DNA from: the human T2T-CHM13v2.0 reference genome, Homo sapiens
Length of the DNA stretch: 64,000 nucleotides
Assembly: GCF_009914755.1 (NCBI RefSeq)
Contig: NC_060939.1
Reading direction: 5' to 3' (one strand)
In this document: positions 31,192 to 45,698 of the stretch, one piece after another
How the letters are laid out: each line of letters starts with the position of its first letter
Position numbering within the stretch: the first letter of the stretch is position 1
The notes under the pieces: model-generated
The model's database searches: none
What the model was told of the DNA's origin: nothing
The model's input: only the letters and a program-made list of their open reading frames with translations
Made by a program: the position numbers and the translations under genes

Positions 31192-34100
31192 CAGAGTCCC
31201 AGCAGGTGGTGTGTGAACAGTAACCAGGGAAGAGAAGGAAAAGGGGCCAAGATGCACCAAGGTGTAGTGCACAGAATGCTTGTCAGGCACTCTGATGACC
31301 TGGGCTTTGGTCCGCCTTGCCGCTAACTTGCTGTGTGACCTTCGGGAAGTCACTACCACTCTCTGGGCTTCTCCTAGTCCTCTAGTCCATACACTGGACA
31401 ATAGAGCCTGAGTGCAGAAATAAGGTCCCTCTAGTTTCAAAATTCTCTCGGTACATACACTTTGAGCCTGAGTGCCCACCCCACATTCAAACTCAGTCAC
31501 TGTTCCGGAAAGAACGTGGCCAATTTCATGGGTCAAGGGGCCCAGGATTCATCACTGAGGGATGCCAGGAAGGAAATCTGGGACATGGGGCAGTTACCCT
31601 GGGTAATAAGTGAAATGGGAAACTCAATCATCTAATCTCTTAAAACATATCAGCACCCCCAAAATAAGTACAACTATATCAATTTGTAAAATTAATTACA
31701 ACAAGTTTTTAAAAACCACACATCAGGATATAAAAACACCCCCCAGAGGCCCCGGGTGCTGGGTTCTGAATGTGGGAGTCCAGCATTGTCCCATCTGATG
31801 TCTATCCTCTCACAGGTCATTGAGTGGCCTCCAAGATGCCTGGGGTGGGAGGAGAGGAGAGACCAGGATCACCCATCACTACTCAGATCCATGAGCTGAC
31901 AATTCAGTGATTCAAAACACAAACCACAGCCGTTCTTGGTGATCTTATTACAGAACCACAGCACTGCACCCATGCAACAGAAAAGCCACAGAGAATGAAG
32001 ACCAAGGCCTAGAGAGCAAAGAGGGTAAATCCTGCTCAATCTTCCTAAGACGCTGCTTTGATCACATCACATCATGTCTCATTACTCCCCTGTCCAAAAG
32101 CTTTTAATGGCCACAGGGATCAAGTGCAAATCCAGAGTACGATTCCCAGACCCCCACCCATCAGTGCTCCCTGGCAAAACCCCTGTGCTTCCTCCCATCT
32201 CAGCCCTCTGCTAGCCTCCCTGATGTGCAGCAAAAATAATGACATCACTTGGCATTGCATGTTACGGTTTACAAAGTGCTTCTCCCCTCATAGACAATGG
32301 AAATTTTACCCCTTCTGTCCCTCCCAGGCAACCTGCCCCTGTCCACCAGGGCCCTGAATGCTGCTGAAGGCCAGTCATTCTTCCTCCTATCTCTCCCCCA
32401 ACACAGCCTTGCTAAGGTCTGAGGTCTCAGTGTCACCCTAGTGCCCTCCCCAGAGGGGCTGGCTTTCAGTAAATGCTTGCTGAATGGCCAAACAGGCTAG
32501 GGGAGGGGTGGGGTGTGGGTGGGGAATGGCTCTGGAGAATAATCTAGATTACAGAAGGCTAACCCTTTATTCACTTTCTGAGGCAAAGCTCCCCACTAAA
32601 ACCACTCTTAGAAAAATCAACTGTCCCAGCTGACAGATACGGTTAATTCTGGCTGCTGAAATCAGATTGGGAGATTGAAGCCCAGCTTGGCTGGGACCGC
32701 TTGTGGACTGCGGGAGCTGTCTGCTTAGGAAATCCCACTGGAGTCTTCAGGGAGCAGCCCAGGGTTTCTGCCTTGGAGTCCGGGATGGACCCCGAGTGGA
32801 GGAACTGTCAGCAAAATAGAAGTTAATTCATTTCTCCAGTGTTACTATTCAGAGACCCAGGAGCTGGCAATTCAAAGTTTCTGCCTATTCCAGCCCCCAG
32901 CATAACCCATCTAAGAAAACATGCCAATCAGACTCAGAGGCCAGGACGCATCCCACAGCCGTGGTGTAAGCGTCTGCCCCATTTTCAGATAGCTTTTAAA
33001 AAATGCTTCAAAGAACTAAAGGACCCCATCAATGCCACTTTTGGGGAACTACTGTATCTAATCCAACTTCCCTAGCAATTGATGAAGCTGGGTGGAAACT
33101 AACTCTGTGACTCACCCAAGGCTACACAGTTACCCCACTGTAGAATCGAACCTTAGGCCATTCTCTCAAGACTCCAAACTTAGGGCCCACACCCTCAAAG
33201 TCACAGGACTCTCCATCCTCCTTGAAGCAAGAGGAAAGAAAGGTGGAAAATAAAATTAGCTGTTAGGAAGAGCCCAGACCTGAGCTCAGCCCCTGCTCTC
33301 CCCACCACCACCTTCCACACATCCATGCAGAGCTGCAAGTGGAGAAGAGGCAGGGAAAGCTAAATGGCCTCACAGAAGAAACCTCGACCTTGGCCTCCTT
33401 CCCTGCCACCTCTATGCAAAATGACAGCAGCATCAGCAATGACAGAAGCAGAGCAAACGCTGCCTCGGCACTGAAGCCCTGTTGTCCAACCACCAATGGG
33501 AAATCGCTGATTTGGGCAGAAATGGGAACCAATCATGCAGAAGAACCTAAGGCTGGGGCTGAAAGTTTTTTCTATCCAAGGCCACAAAACAAATTAGCCA
33601 GGGGCTACACATAAGAAGCAATTTAACATTAGTTATTTCTCCCTTAGACAAGTGTGAAATGTGCAGCTTCCTTAAATCTGTGAAATACACAGGTATGGCA
33701 AAAATTATTAGTGAAGGAAGTGCAAGAAATGCTAGCAGTATATGTTAACTCCATATTTCTAATTGGAAGGAGGATTAATAAAAGAAATGGAATGAGGGAA
33801 AGCAAGGAAACTATGGGGAACTGAGGGGCTGCTGGAAGGAAGGGGAGAGGGAGAGACAGACACAGACAGAGAAAGACACGATGAGGGAAGAAAGGAGTTG
33901 GAGGCTTGGCAGGTATTGCTGAACTTCCAGAGTTCCATCCTCTTCATCTGGGTTTGGTGGTAGAACCTTACCTACACTTGTTGTTTTTTAAAAAGAGTGC
34001 AGGTTGAGTTCATTGTTGTTCACAAGTCTATGGCTGCTTTAATCTCAAAATGCTAAAAAACAAAAACAAACCCCAAACCAAAAAACTATGAAGAGAGTCA

Positions 34101-34829
34101 GGGAGGGTCCACATGACTCGAGACAATGTAAAAAGGAACTTAATGATTTTAGTCTTCATCAGAGGCTCATGAAGGAGGCTTCTACCATGGCAGCCAACAC
34201 AGATGAGCCATCGAAGGCTGTGCTGATAGGAACACGTGGGATGGACCAGGGCTCCTTGGTCAGGGTCCCAAAACACTCTGCACTGACAGGACTAGACCTG
34301 AAATTCCAAAATTTAAAGAACAAATTTGAGGAAGGCAACCAGGGTAGGAAGGCATCTGAAAACTGGGATACTAGAAGAACAATTGAAGGAACTAGTGATG
34401 TTTAGGCTTGAGGGTAGGGGAGACCATGATCACTATCTCTCTCCACTTATTTGAAGGAATGTCATGTACGTTTATTGTGTTTTCCAGTGGTTCAAGAACT
34501 AAGATCAGAGTGCAGGAATCATAAAGAGACAGCTTTCTCCCCAGTGTACTTTGTAAGAAGGTCTCTAGATCATTATGGCTGTCTCACAAAATAATGGGCT
34601 GCTCTGAAAACTTGGGAGCTTCCTGTCCCTGTATGAATCACAAGGCTGTAAGTGACCGTGGGCAAAGAGCTTCATACATAAAGAGTGCTGGATGCTTATT
34701 AGATGAATTAATAATATTGTATGATAAAGCCCTGCAAAGAGAGCTCTGAGTCTTTTCCCCTCTTAAAATGCTATGATTTGATTCTTTCTTCTTAAGCATT
34801 ACTTGCTTTAGGATGCAGGCCCGATACAA

Positions 34830-35287
34830 TCATTCAACAGTCCGTACAGAGTATTTACTACATGCCATGCCAGGTACTATGCTAGGTGTTAAAGATACCG
34901 TGGTAAACAAAACTAGGTGCCTGTCTCACAGATCTACATTCTAGCAGGGGAGCCAAAGAATAAACCAATAAATGTATACACATGTATATAATGTGTATGA
35001 ATGCTGCAAAGAAAAAAAAAAAGGACAGAAAGGCACCGGGCGCGGTGGCTCACGCCTGTAATCCCAGCACTTTGGGAGGCCGAGGCTGGCGGATCATGAG
35101 GTCAGGAGATCAAGACCATTCTGGCTAACACGGTGAAACCCCGACTCTACTAAAAATACAAAAAATTAGCCAGGTGTGGTGGCGGGCACCTGTAGTCCCA
35201 GCTACTCCGGAGGCTGAGGCAGGAGAATGGCGTGAACCAGGGAGGCGAAGCTCCAGCCTGGGCGACACAGCGAGACTCCGTCTCAAA

Positions 35288-35320
<33 letters not shown>

Positions 35321-35590
35321 GGACAGAAAAGCAATAGTGACAAGGGACACTACTTTAGAGAGGGTAACCAGGAAGGCCTATCCAAAGTGAGCTTTCAGCA
35401 GAGACGTAAGGCCAAGTCAACAACTAGGAGGGCCTTCCAGACAGAAAGAAGGAAAAGCCAGGGCAAAGATCCTGAGTGGGTGGCATGCTTGGCCTTATTG
35501 GGGAACAGCTAGGAAGCCAGGTGGGTACGAGAGAATTTGTGGAAGGGAAGGAAAGGAGGTGGCAGCATGAGATTGGGGTGGAGAGAAGGC
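34830..35590 (-). mobile_element. L2 3' fragment, interrupted by AluY
   Basis: cattcaaca...tgccaggtactatgctaggtg...tggtaaacaaaac; continues caggaaggcct...ttccagacaga...ggcaaagatcctgag. Confidence 0.7.
35035..35320 (+). mobile_element. AluY-like with 30-bp right-arm deletion
   Basis: Y-type diagnostics (ggctaacacggtg, agaatggcgtgaacc); TSD aaaaggacagaaa. Confidence 0.92.
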
Positions 35591-36399
35591 TGCTGTAGGT
35601 TACACACCTTTACCCACAGGGGACATTCCACATGCAACTGGTGGTAGGATAGTGGGTTTCACAGGCAATGCAAGAAGAATTGCTTAGACCACAGGAAAGT
35701 AGTTAAGACCTGAGATCTGGCCATAAGCCTAAGAGTTACCTTGCTCTGCCTTAAAGGAAGAAGAAGAAGAAAAAAAAAAAAAAAAGCAAAGGAAAAAAGT
35801 GAAGGAGAAGAAGCTTTAATCAGGATTGTGCTTGCCCCATGTTTCCAGGTAGAAATGGGCCTAATCTACACCCCGGACATCTCCTATGGGAGAATGTTTT
35901 GATTATGGGGGTTTGGACACATGAGAAGTAGTCGGAAGATCTGGTTTGGTTTCAGGCTTTACTGCTTACAAACTGTGTGGCTTTGGACAAGACTTCACTG
36001 AGATTCAGTTTCTTCACCTGTAAAATGGGACGAGTCCCTACCAATCCCACCTGTCTCCATGGGACCCAATGAGATCATGGGTAAGCCAGGCTGTCCTAGA
36101 GGTTACTATGATAAATTTTATAAGCATGTTTCTTACCCAAGACTTTGCACCCCAGAAAGCAGAGGTGAGGTATTATGCAACTGATTCCCCCACACTGCCT
36201 TGCACTTAGCTTTCAATAAATGTTTGCAGAACTGAAAAGCATTAAAAATAACCCGGAAAATGTTCTGCCATTTTTTTCCTTCCTATTAAACTGTAGCACT
36301 TTGCCAGAATGCTCCAGAACAGTCTCTCTTCACTGTAATCCTTCACTTTGGAGGAAGAACCAACTGAGTCACACCAGAGGTGTGTGCTCAGAGGATAAA

Positions 36400-36475
36400 C
36401 TCTGAGGAATGGGGACAGGAACAAGGCCTGACTCCTCTGGGGAAGGCTCCTTGCTCTCTGTGCCCCCAACCTTTC
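36400..36475 (-). ncRNA. MIR4312: MIR4312 hairpin (intronic, same strand as ANP32A)
   Basis: Minus strand 36428-36410 reads GGCCUUGUUCCUGUCCCCA, which I recognise from memory as miR-4312. It can pair with the upstream UGGGGGCACAGAGAGCAAGG arm. Confidence 0.8.
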
Positions 36476-36699
36476 TCAAACATCCTGAGAGGGCCAGGCC
36501 AGGCTACCAACGGAAGGGACTGCAGATTACCCTAGCACAAGGTCAGGATCTCCTGGAAAAGTCCATGAAAGCCTGAGAAATACAATATTCACAACATTCC
36601 ACTTCAGACTAAGGAGTCTCAATCTGGTCCAACTGCCTCACCATACGGATAGGGAGGCTAACACACAGGTCAGTGGACTCGCTGGTTCAAGGTCACCTC

Positions 36700-37120
36700 T
36701 TTTTTTTTCTCCTTTTCAATTTTTTGACTAACACATTCATTCTCATGGTTTTAAAACCAAAATATATAAGATATACAGTTAACTCTCCCTCTTATCTTAT
36801 CCTCTGTCTGCCCAGTCAACTATACCACCTGCTAAGCATCTCTCTAGAATGTTCACACACATACAAGCAAATTCAGAATCTTATTTCTTCTCTCTTTTAT
36901 TAAAAACCTAGCATATTATACTAATCATTGCCTTGCCTTTTTTTCATGGAGTTTGTGTAAGAGTACATAAAAACCCTCTTCGTTTCTTCTTTGCAACTAC
37001 ATAGTGTGTCATCATTTTTCTTAACCAGTCTTTTATTGATGAGTATCTGGGTTGCTTCCAATCTTTTGTGTAATAAATAATTTTGCAATATCAATAAGCT
37101 TGGGCATGTCAGTTTGCATT
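36700..37120 (-). mobile_element. Old L1M fragment
   Basis: aaccagtcttttattgatgagtatctgggttgcttccaatctttt. Confidence 0.6.
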
Positions 37121-37206
37121 CACCTAGCTTACGGATAAGAGCTGGAATCAGATCCCATTTCTGACCTACAGGGTGGCAGTCATACAGCCTCAGAGTCCTA
37201 TTATCT

Positions 37207-37525
<319 letters not shown>

Positions 37526-38278
37526 TAAGTTACTTAACCTCCATTCATTCAATACACGCTCCTCAGAACTACTAAATCCCAGGCACTACACCAGGTGCTG
37601 AGGGTACAATGATAAAGGTGTCTTTGACTTCTGCTCCCAAAGTGTCCAGCCTGGAAGGGACAAACAGAAGGGAACATTCCGACACACAAGGGCCGCTCAG
37701 TGTGCCCCGGAAGCCATCTGACCTTTGTAGGCCAATCTCTGTCAGGAAATGGGTGGCCTTACCTACACCTCAGGGGTGTTTTAAAAGGTAAAAAAGATAA
37801 TGCTTGCCAAGTACCTAGCAAGCAAGGACCACACAAAGCTCATGGCAGATACTCAATAAGGGGTAAGCCTCCTCTTGTCCCAGAATGGGTCTTAGTGATG
37901 GCAGCAGCAAGGTGTTCCAGGCAAAGGCACTGCATTGCCATGCCTGTTCCACAATGAGCAATTCTCTTTTCTTAGAGGAGTCTGGAATACACTGCTACTT
38001 ATTTTTTAAAGCAGCACCTAAGCCCCTAATTATGTCTTAGCCTACTTTTATTGGAAAGCCATTTGCCTCTCTCCCACATTCCAGACCCTCTTCAATATCT
38101 CTGAGGCACCTGGGTATGCTTCTCACCTGCGTGCACAAGCCCTGGTGTTTGATGGAGTGTCAGAGCCACAGAGGAAACCCACACACATTTCTTAAGACCC
38201 TGGCACAGAAAGGCACAGGCAGGCACATGGAAAGTCGCTTTTACTAGGATACCCCTGAAAGTATTAAATAATAAATAG

Positions 38279-38647
<369 letters not shown>

Positions 38648-39096
38648 CACAATAAAACATTTTTAAAAATCAGAACTTTTGGCATAATCTATTTCGCTTT
38701 CCCAGGAAAAGAAATGTAGCAGATTTTATAACAGAGAAGAGAAAGTAAAGTCAAGTCAAGAGTCTAAGGTATTTCCATATTATCATCAAAGTTGCCGGGA
38801 GAAGGTTGGGGGTCAAAGCTAAGATTCCAGGTTGGATGACCTGGTTTTGTATCCAAGCACAGCTCCTCAGTACTACCTGACCTTAGGTTGGTTACTTAAC
38901 CTTTCTGAGCCTTGGTTCCCTCATTGGCAGAGTGAGCATAATTCCATTCATCCAGCAGCATTTCTGTATAGATTAAAGAATAAATATGGTGCCTGGCACA
39001 TTGGCATGAACAAACAGTTAAAAACAAACAAAACACATTTTTAAAAAGATATTACTTTTTCTATTTAGTACAAAAATGAAAATCTAGTGTCTTCCC

Positions 39097-39360
39097 TTGT
39101 TTTCTGAGTCTCGCTCTGTGGCCAGGCTGGAGTGTAGTGGCACAATCTCGGTTCACTGCAACCTCTGATTCTCCTGCCTCAGCCTCCTGAGTAGCTGGGA
39201 TTACAGGCGCCCACCACCACGCCCAATTAATTTTTGTATTTTTGTAGAGATGGGGTTTCACCATGTTGGCCAGGATGGTCTCGATCTCCTGGCCTCGTGA
39301 TCCACCTGCCTCGACCTCCCAACGTGCTGAGATTGTAGGCGTGAGCCGCTGCACGCGGCT
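39097..39360 (-). mobile_element. Alu (Sc-like) with small right-arm deletion
   Basis: Antisense Alu; caacctctgattctcc lacks the gcctcccgggttcaagc segment. Confidence 0.92.
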
Positions 39361-42300
39361 GTGTCTGCCTTTGAGAAGCTTCAAGAAAAACAGTGGGCAT
39401 GAAATTATCCAGCCCTCATAATACTGGGAAACTATTTTCCTAACAGGCTAATTAATAAAGTCTTACTTCAGCCAGAAGCTCCTTTCAAATTGATGTAGGA
39501 TTCCTGCTTTTAGATGAAATTATTGGCCAATTATAGCTCAGTCTGGTCCTTGGGAGAGGTGGGGTCTGCTGCTGTATTTGTGACCTCTGATTTAACTGTG
39601 GGCTTCTCTCTCCCTAAAATAAACCCTGGGGGCCCTGTGAGTCCTGCCTCACCATCTCTGGTCAGAGGCATCAGTAGGGTCTCTCCAGCCCCCATTCAAA
39701 AGCATCTAACCCCCTAAACCAGGTCCAGATGGAATCCAGAAAGTACAAATGGGGGTCCTCCAGGAAACACTGCTATTTCAGAAACACCAATGGAAATTCC
39801 ACTCTGACAGTGACAGCAGCTGGTGGTACAAAATTGGGCGGTGTCTCCGCCTAGGCAGGAAAAACACCAGCTCCAGGCAGTCAGCCGTTGCCTTACCTGG
39901 AGGGCTGATCAACCGTCACAAATGTGTTTAAAATTTCTACCCCCTCCCCACACCCAGCCATGAGAAAATAAATTTATTATTGTTAATAAATGCAATTTGG
40001 CAGTCTAAATCTTTCAAAGGGCTGAGTCTTGAAGATAATAAAACACATTCTGGGATGAAAAGGCAGAGGGCTGGAGCCCAAGGCTGGTGTGAGCAGAGCA
40101 GTGGCCGGCTATTATACTTGTCCTTCTTGGGTTTAATTTCATCTTTCCCATGAATCACCCCATGAATTCACACCTTAAGCTCACTGGGCCTTAGCTTGTT
40201 TATTGGGAAGAGGACTTCTAGAGGTACTTCTAGATCAGATATCCTAAGTTCCAGCTCATGGGGTCAGAAGTCCAGTGTAAGGCACTTGAGTGCTCAAATG
40301 CCACCTCCTCAGAGAGGCCTTCCTGGACCACCCATCTCCTTTAACGCAGCCTTATGGGTCTTCATGGCACTCATCACACCAGCAGCCATGCCTTTGCTTG
40401 AAGGCTTACTACTGACTGTCTCCCCCAGCGGAACAGAAGCCCCACAAGAGCAGCATAGGTGATGTGTCTGTCTAGTTCCTAGAACAGAACCCAGTACAGA
40501 GTCGGCATTCATCAATGTGTGTGGAATGAATGAATGAATGATTAGCCAAGCCAAGGGTCAACCAGAAAGACAGGGATTCCAATCTTACACCTTCATTTGC
40601 TATCTGGGCACCTCTGGGTAAGCCACATAACCCCTCCACAGTATTGTGTATTTGCAGAAACCACCCCCATAACTCTGGTTAACATCAGACAGTAGTGGCC
40701 AAGTGCTGCTCACCATCAGGGACATTTGTGGCAGTAATAAGCCTCCTGGGGCTAATAAGCCATTGGTCGATACAAGTCTGGTTTCTGGTACAGTGGGTGC
40801 CTCTCAGACCAAGATGCACATCTTGCTGGAGTCTATGGCCACTGGTCAATCTCAGAGGCACATTCTCACTCCCATATCCAACCCTGCCACTCCTGATGAT
40901 GAACACCGGCCGCTGAAACTGAAGGAAGACTCCTGAGTGCCTACACATGCCAACTGCCTGCCCTGAATGAAGTACCCTTCTGGCTTTAAGAGGGCAGTCA
41001 GCGTTCCATTTCCGCTCCCACTACTCCCACCCCAAAGAGCAACCCTGGAGGGCTCTCCTCTAGAAGCTTTCCCAGACTCACAGACCACACCTAAATGCAA
41101 AGACACACCAGTACTTTTAACCAAGACACAGAAAGGCATGTCTGCAACAGAGCCATAAACTAGACAAGGGCTAAAAAGAACAGAACTGCTCATTATGGCT
41201 TCAGGCCAACCTCTGCAGATAGGCTTCATCAGGCCTACCAGAGACAGCTGAAAGCTTCACAAAGTACAGGCCTGCCCAGTCTTCAGAGACCACAACCAGG
41301 GTACACCCAAATCTTCATGGGGAAAGGAAGACGTGCAGAAGTGGAAGGAACGCCTGGGTGGCTGTGAAGGCCAGTTTCTGACCCTCCATATGGAACAGCC
41401 CCCTGTGCCAGAACAGACAGGCTACTCCCACTGGCAGCCAGGCAAGAGGCTGGAGAACCACATCTGCCATCGTCACAGAGCTCTTCTATGTCCCCAGCTG
41501 CAGGAGAGTCACACTGGGCTCTGTACACCCTCAATGCTGCCCTCTGGCAGGGGGTATGGACATATAAAGGAGCACTGACCAGACAGAGAGAAAGCCACAG
41601 ATGCACACCTAAGTGAGTGCTATTGGACTTGGCTGAGAGGCGAACGCTGCTGCGTGCCCTGGAAGTCCCCAGGACTTTTACCTTTATGTCACCTAGGTGG
41701 ACACAGTTTGCTCCCTTTCTTCCAGTGAGTTGAGGAGGGCTTCCCAGAAAAGGGGACCTCTCAGGAGCTGTATGAATGAAAGATAAAGGACTGGGAGAGG
41801 CTGGCCCAGACTTCTGCAGCCAGAGGGGAGTTTAAAGGCAAGAAGGCTAGGGTCACGGAGCAACTGCTATGGGAAAGGTGAGCCAGCGCGACAGCCCCCA
41901 CCCCAGAAGAGGCCCGGGGCAAGGGGATGCCTGCAGCTTGGCTGGTATTCCTCCCGCCCCACCTCCACAGAAAACGGGGGGGGGGGGAGTCTCTCCTTTG
42001 CCCAGAGCCTCCCTGCCCCTCCCCTCCGCTTCACAGCTCCAGGCGAGGCCTCCTCCTGGGGCAGGCCGAGACAGCTCTTCTCAGACTTGCTCCCACCCCA
42101 GCAAGCACCTTCTGGAGAGGGGCTGACTCCACCCCACCCCCACCACTGACCAAACAGCTCATTCAAGCCCTGACGGGTAGAATCTAACCTTCAGGGTCCG
42201 TCTACAACCCATACCTGGCATAAACGATATTTCTTTCCGTGCTAACAACAAGCTCTGGGAAGCAGGTTATTCACCGTTTCACAGATGTGGCAACTGAGGC

Positions 42301-44344
42301 TCAGTGAGGTGACCTGCCAACATCCTCAGGCTCAGCAGTTCTCAAGCACTACTGCCCACTGTACCTGATTGCCTGGGTCTGCGCCTGGGCCCCCGCCCTT
42401 TTACAAAAGGTCCACGGCCTCTCAAGAGCTGGACATGAAGGATGGGCCAAGTCCAGTCTTGATCGGTAATGCCCACTTGACACTCCCAGGAGCAGCATCC
42501 TGAGATACACGTAAATGAAAAATTCCAAGTGTGATGAGCAGAACGTGGTTGTGTGAACAATCCCATGGTGGTGGGGATGTGGGGGGCAGGTCAAGGAGCG
42601 GATCCCTGAACCCCAGCAGATTAAATCCTGCATCCTTCTTTCCTATTTCCTGGTTTCTCTGCTCCATTTTCCTCTAGTTTCCACTTAGTTACTTCTTCCT
42701 ACCTGCTGTGAAGCTCTGCACCCTGCTCCATGGGGTGGTTCCCAACTGTGCTTTAGAGTCCCCTTTAGAGCTTTCTAAAAATACACAGACTGGGGCACCA
42801 CCCTCAGAGACTGATTCAGTTCAGGCAGAGCCTGGGTATTGCTTCAGATGCTCCCCTGGCAGTTCTGATCCACAGCTGGGGTTGAAATCGGCTTTACTAA
42901 CCACACACCTTCTTCCCTGCAGTGTATGTGCTATGCTCCATCACTCCAGCTCCACCACAGGAGCCAGGCACCACCATCCACTATAACCACTCTCTTCTCT
43001 CCTACCCAGCCCAGGATGCAAGGACTGGATTCAAGAAATTAAATTTGCTACAAAAATACTTACATAGCATTTATACAACTCCTTGTCTCATTCCCGATGC
43101 TGGGCACACAGGCCATATCAGTGGACTCCCCTCACCCGTCCATTCAGTTACACCACTTAGGCCTGCCCATGAAGCCAATGGCTAAGGTGACAGTTGGTTA
43201 CATAAATTGAAGATGAGTCCCTCCTCCAGATGCATGGTCCCTGAAGAAATCTGAAAGTAATTCCTCTAAATTGAGAATGACAGGCCCTTGCCTCCACCCT
43301 ATCACCCCCTGCACACGCACATGCATACACACATAGTTCTCACGAATTCTACAGGAGGCAGCAGAATCCAGAAACCCAGCACTGGGCACTGCTGGCTGCA
43401 GAGTTCCAGCACAACTTTGCTGAAATCTCTCAGCAAACACACTCTGCGGGCCTCTCTCTTTCAAGCTTCACTGTGCACCTCTGTCTCTGCCCTTCCAGCC
43501 CACACATCCTGCCTCTTACTTGTTCCCCACTCCAAGATAACTAGGAGAAAGCCACCTTCCCACCCACCCTGAGTCTATGGCTGATGGAATCCTTATCGTA
43601 GCTACTTCCTGGCCTCTCAGGACATGGGCAGAGAGAACCCGGGGGTTTACCTCTGTGGGACCCCAGGGGTGACTGGAGGGGACTTTGGTGGATCTGTCCA
43701 CACAGCCTAAACAAAGAGCACCAAGCTGACACACGGCAGTGGAGCCTTGATTCACCAAGGATCTCGGGCAAGCTAGCTTATTGTATTAAAGGGAGACTGT
43801 GAATGTCCCCTACCCCTACTCATCACACACTAGAGCTGGAGAGATCTTAACAAGCAGTGTCTAGGAAGGTATGAGCGTTTCTTTTACAGAGTGAACTTTA
43901 GTAACTGAATTTAAAATAAAACGAGCAATTAATTAGAACAGTAGTCTCTTATGTGGACTGCCCAAGCCAATCCACTGGGATGCAAGAATTTCAGGACTTT
44001 TTAGATGTTTAAATGTATCCTTTTTAATTTATATTTTTGGCGTTACATTTTATAATGTCCATATTTATAGGTAGTGTATGTGAATAATCCATAACTGCAA
44101 GGTAGACATACTGGGGCTCAGGTTCAAATTGTTTACTGATAAGGGATGTGATAATGAGAAAAACATGATGACCAGCGACCTAAGAAGTGTGCATCACCCA
44201 CCCAGAGCAACTCCATCAGAAAGTCACACCAGCGGGCGTGGGGGTGCGGGTGTGAAGGTGTGCGCTTCGTTTCAGTGGCTTCGTGCTTGATGTACCAACC
44301 GGTAGGTGATGAAAGTGACAAGAAGGTATAAGTACCACAGATCC

Positions 44345-45300
44345 TTCACTCCATCAGTACTTCTAGAATGCTTACCATGTGCCAGGCACAGTGTGGAGCT
44401 CTGAAGACCACAATGATGAGCAAAAGCAAGTCCCTCAAATCGTGCAGTGCACCCATTAGGCAAGGGGACAGAGATGCTAATTAAACACTCATAATCTGGA
44501 ATATGTAGTTACAAACTGAAGCACTCTGAGGGAAAAGTTCTGTAAGAGTTTTCTGGCAAAAGAACTAGATCTAAACCTGACGGAGGAGGCTGGAGATGGT
44601 AAAGATGACTAGATGCTAACTGGATACAGTGGCAATCTCAGTGTGGCACAGGTTTGCAGGAATGAGAGGCAGCCAGGGAGGCCCAGAGAGAGTGGGGCAA
44701 GGGAACAGATGACGGGAAGTGGCCAGACCATGCAGCACCTTGTTGGTCTTATTAAAGATTTGGGACTTTATCCTAGGAACAATGGTGAATTTTAAGTATG
44801 GGGTGACATTACATGTGTGTTTTGATAAGATCATTCTAGTTGAAGGTCACAGCATGGCTTCAAGAAGACTAGACTATGATACAGGGAGATCAGTGGCAAG
44901 CAACAGAGCATGTTTTAAACAGACAAGACTTGTGATGATGATGGATGGAAAGAGGATCATGAGTGTGTGTGTGTGGGCAGTGGTGGGCAAGGGACAGAGG
45001 ACATGGGTTCCCTTTGGACTTAAGAGTAGGGCACTTTTGGAGCACCCAGGTGGAGACATCAGGTGGGTCTCAAGCTTACTCAAGCAGTAAACTTCAAACC
45101 TCAGAGAGCAGCACGCAGTACCTGCAGCTGTCAGTGAGGAAGGACAAATTTCCAACTGGAGAGAATACAGGATAAGAATGCCCAGCGCCCAAGTTTGACT
45201 AAGTCAATACTTCATGGCTAAACAGGAGAGCAACAGGACACCAGAAACTGAGCAGTGACTAGAGCCGTAGAAGATATACCAGAGAAAGGGAGAGCATCTA
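44345..45300 (-). mobile_element. L2 fragments
   Basis: gaatgcttaccatgtgccaggcacagtg; ggccagaccatgcagcaccttgttgg...gactttatccta; ggtggagacatcaggtggg. Confidence 0.65.
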
Positions 45301-45326
45301 TCATAAAGTCAAGAATGCTGAATCCC

Positions 45327-45698
<372 letters not shown>

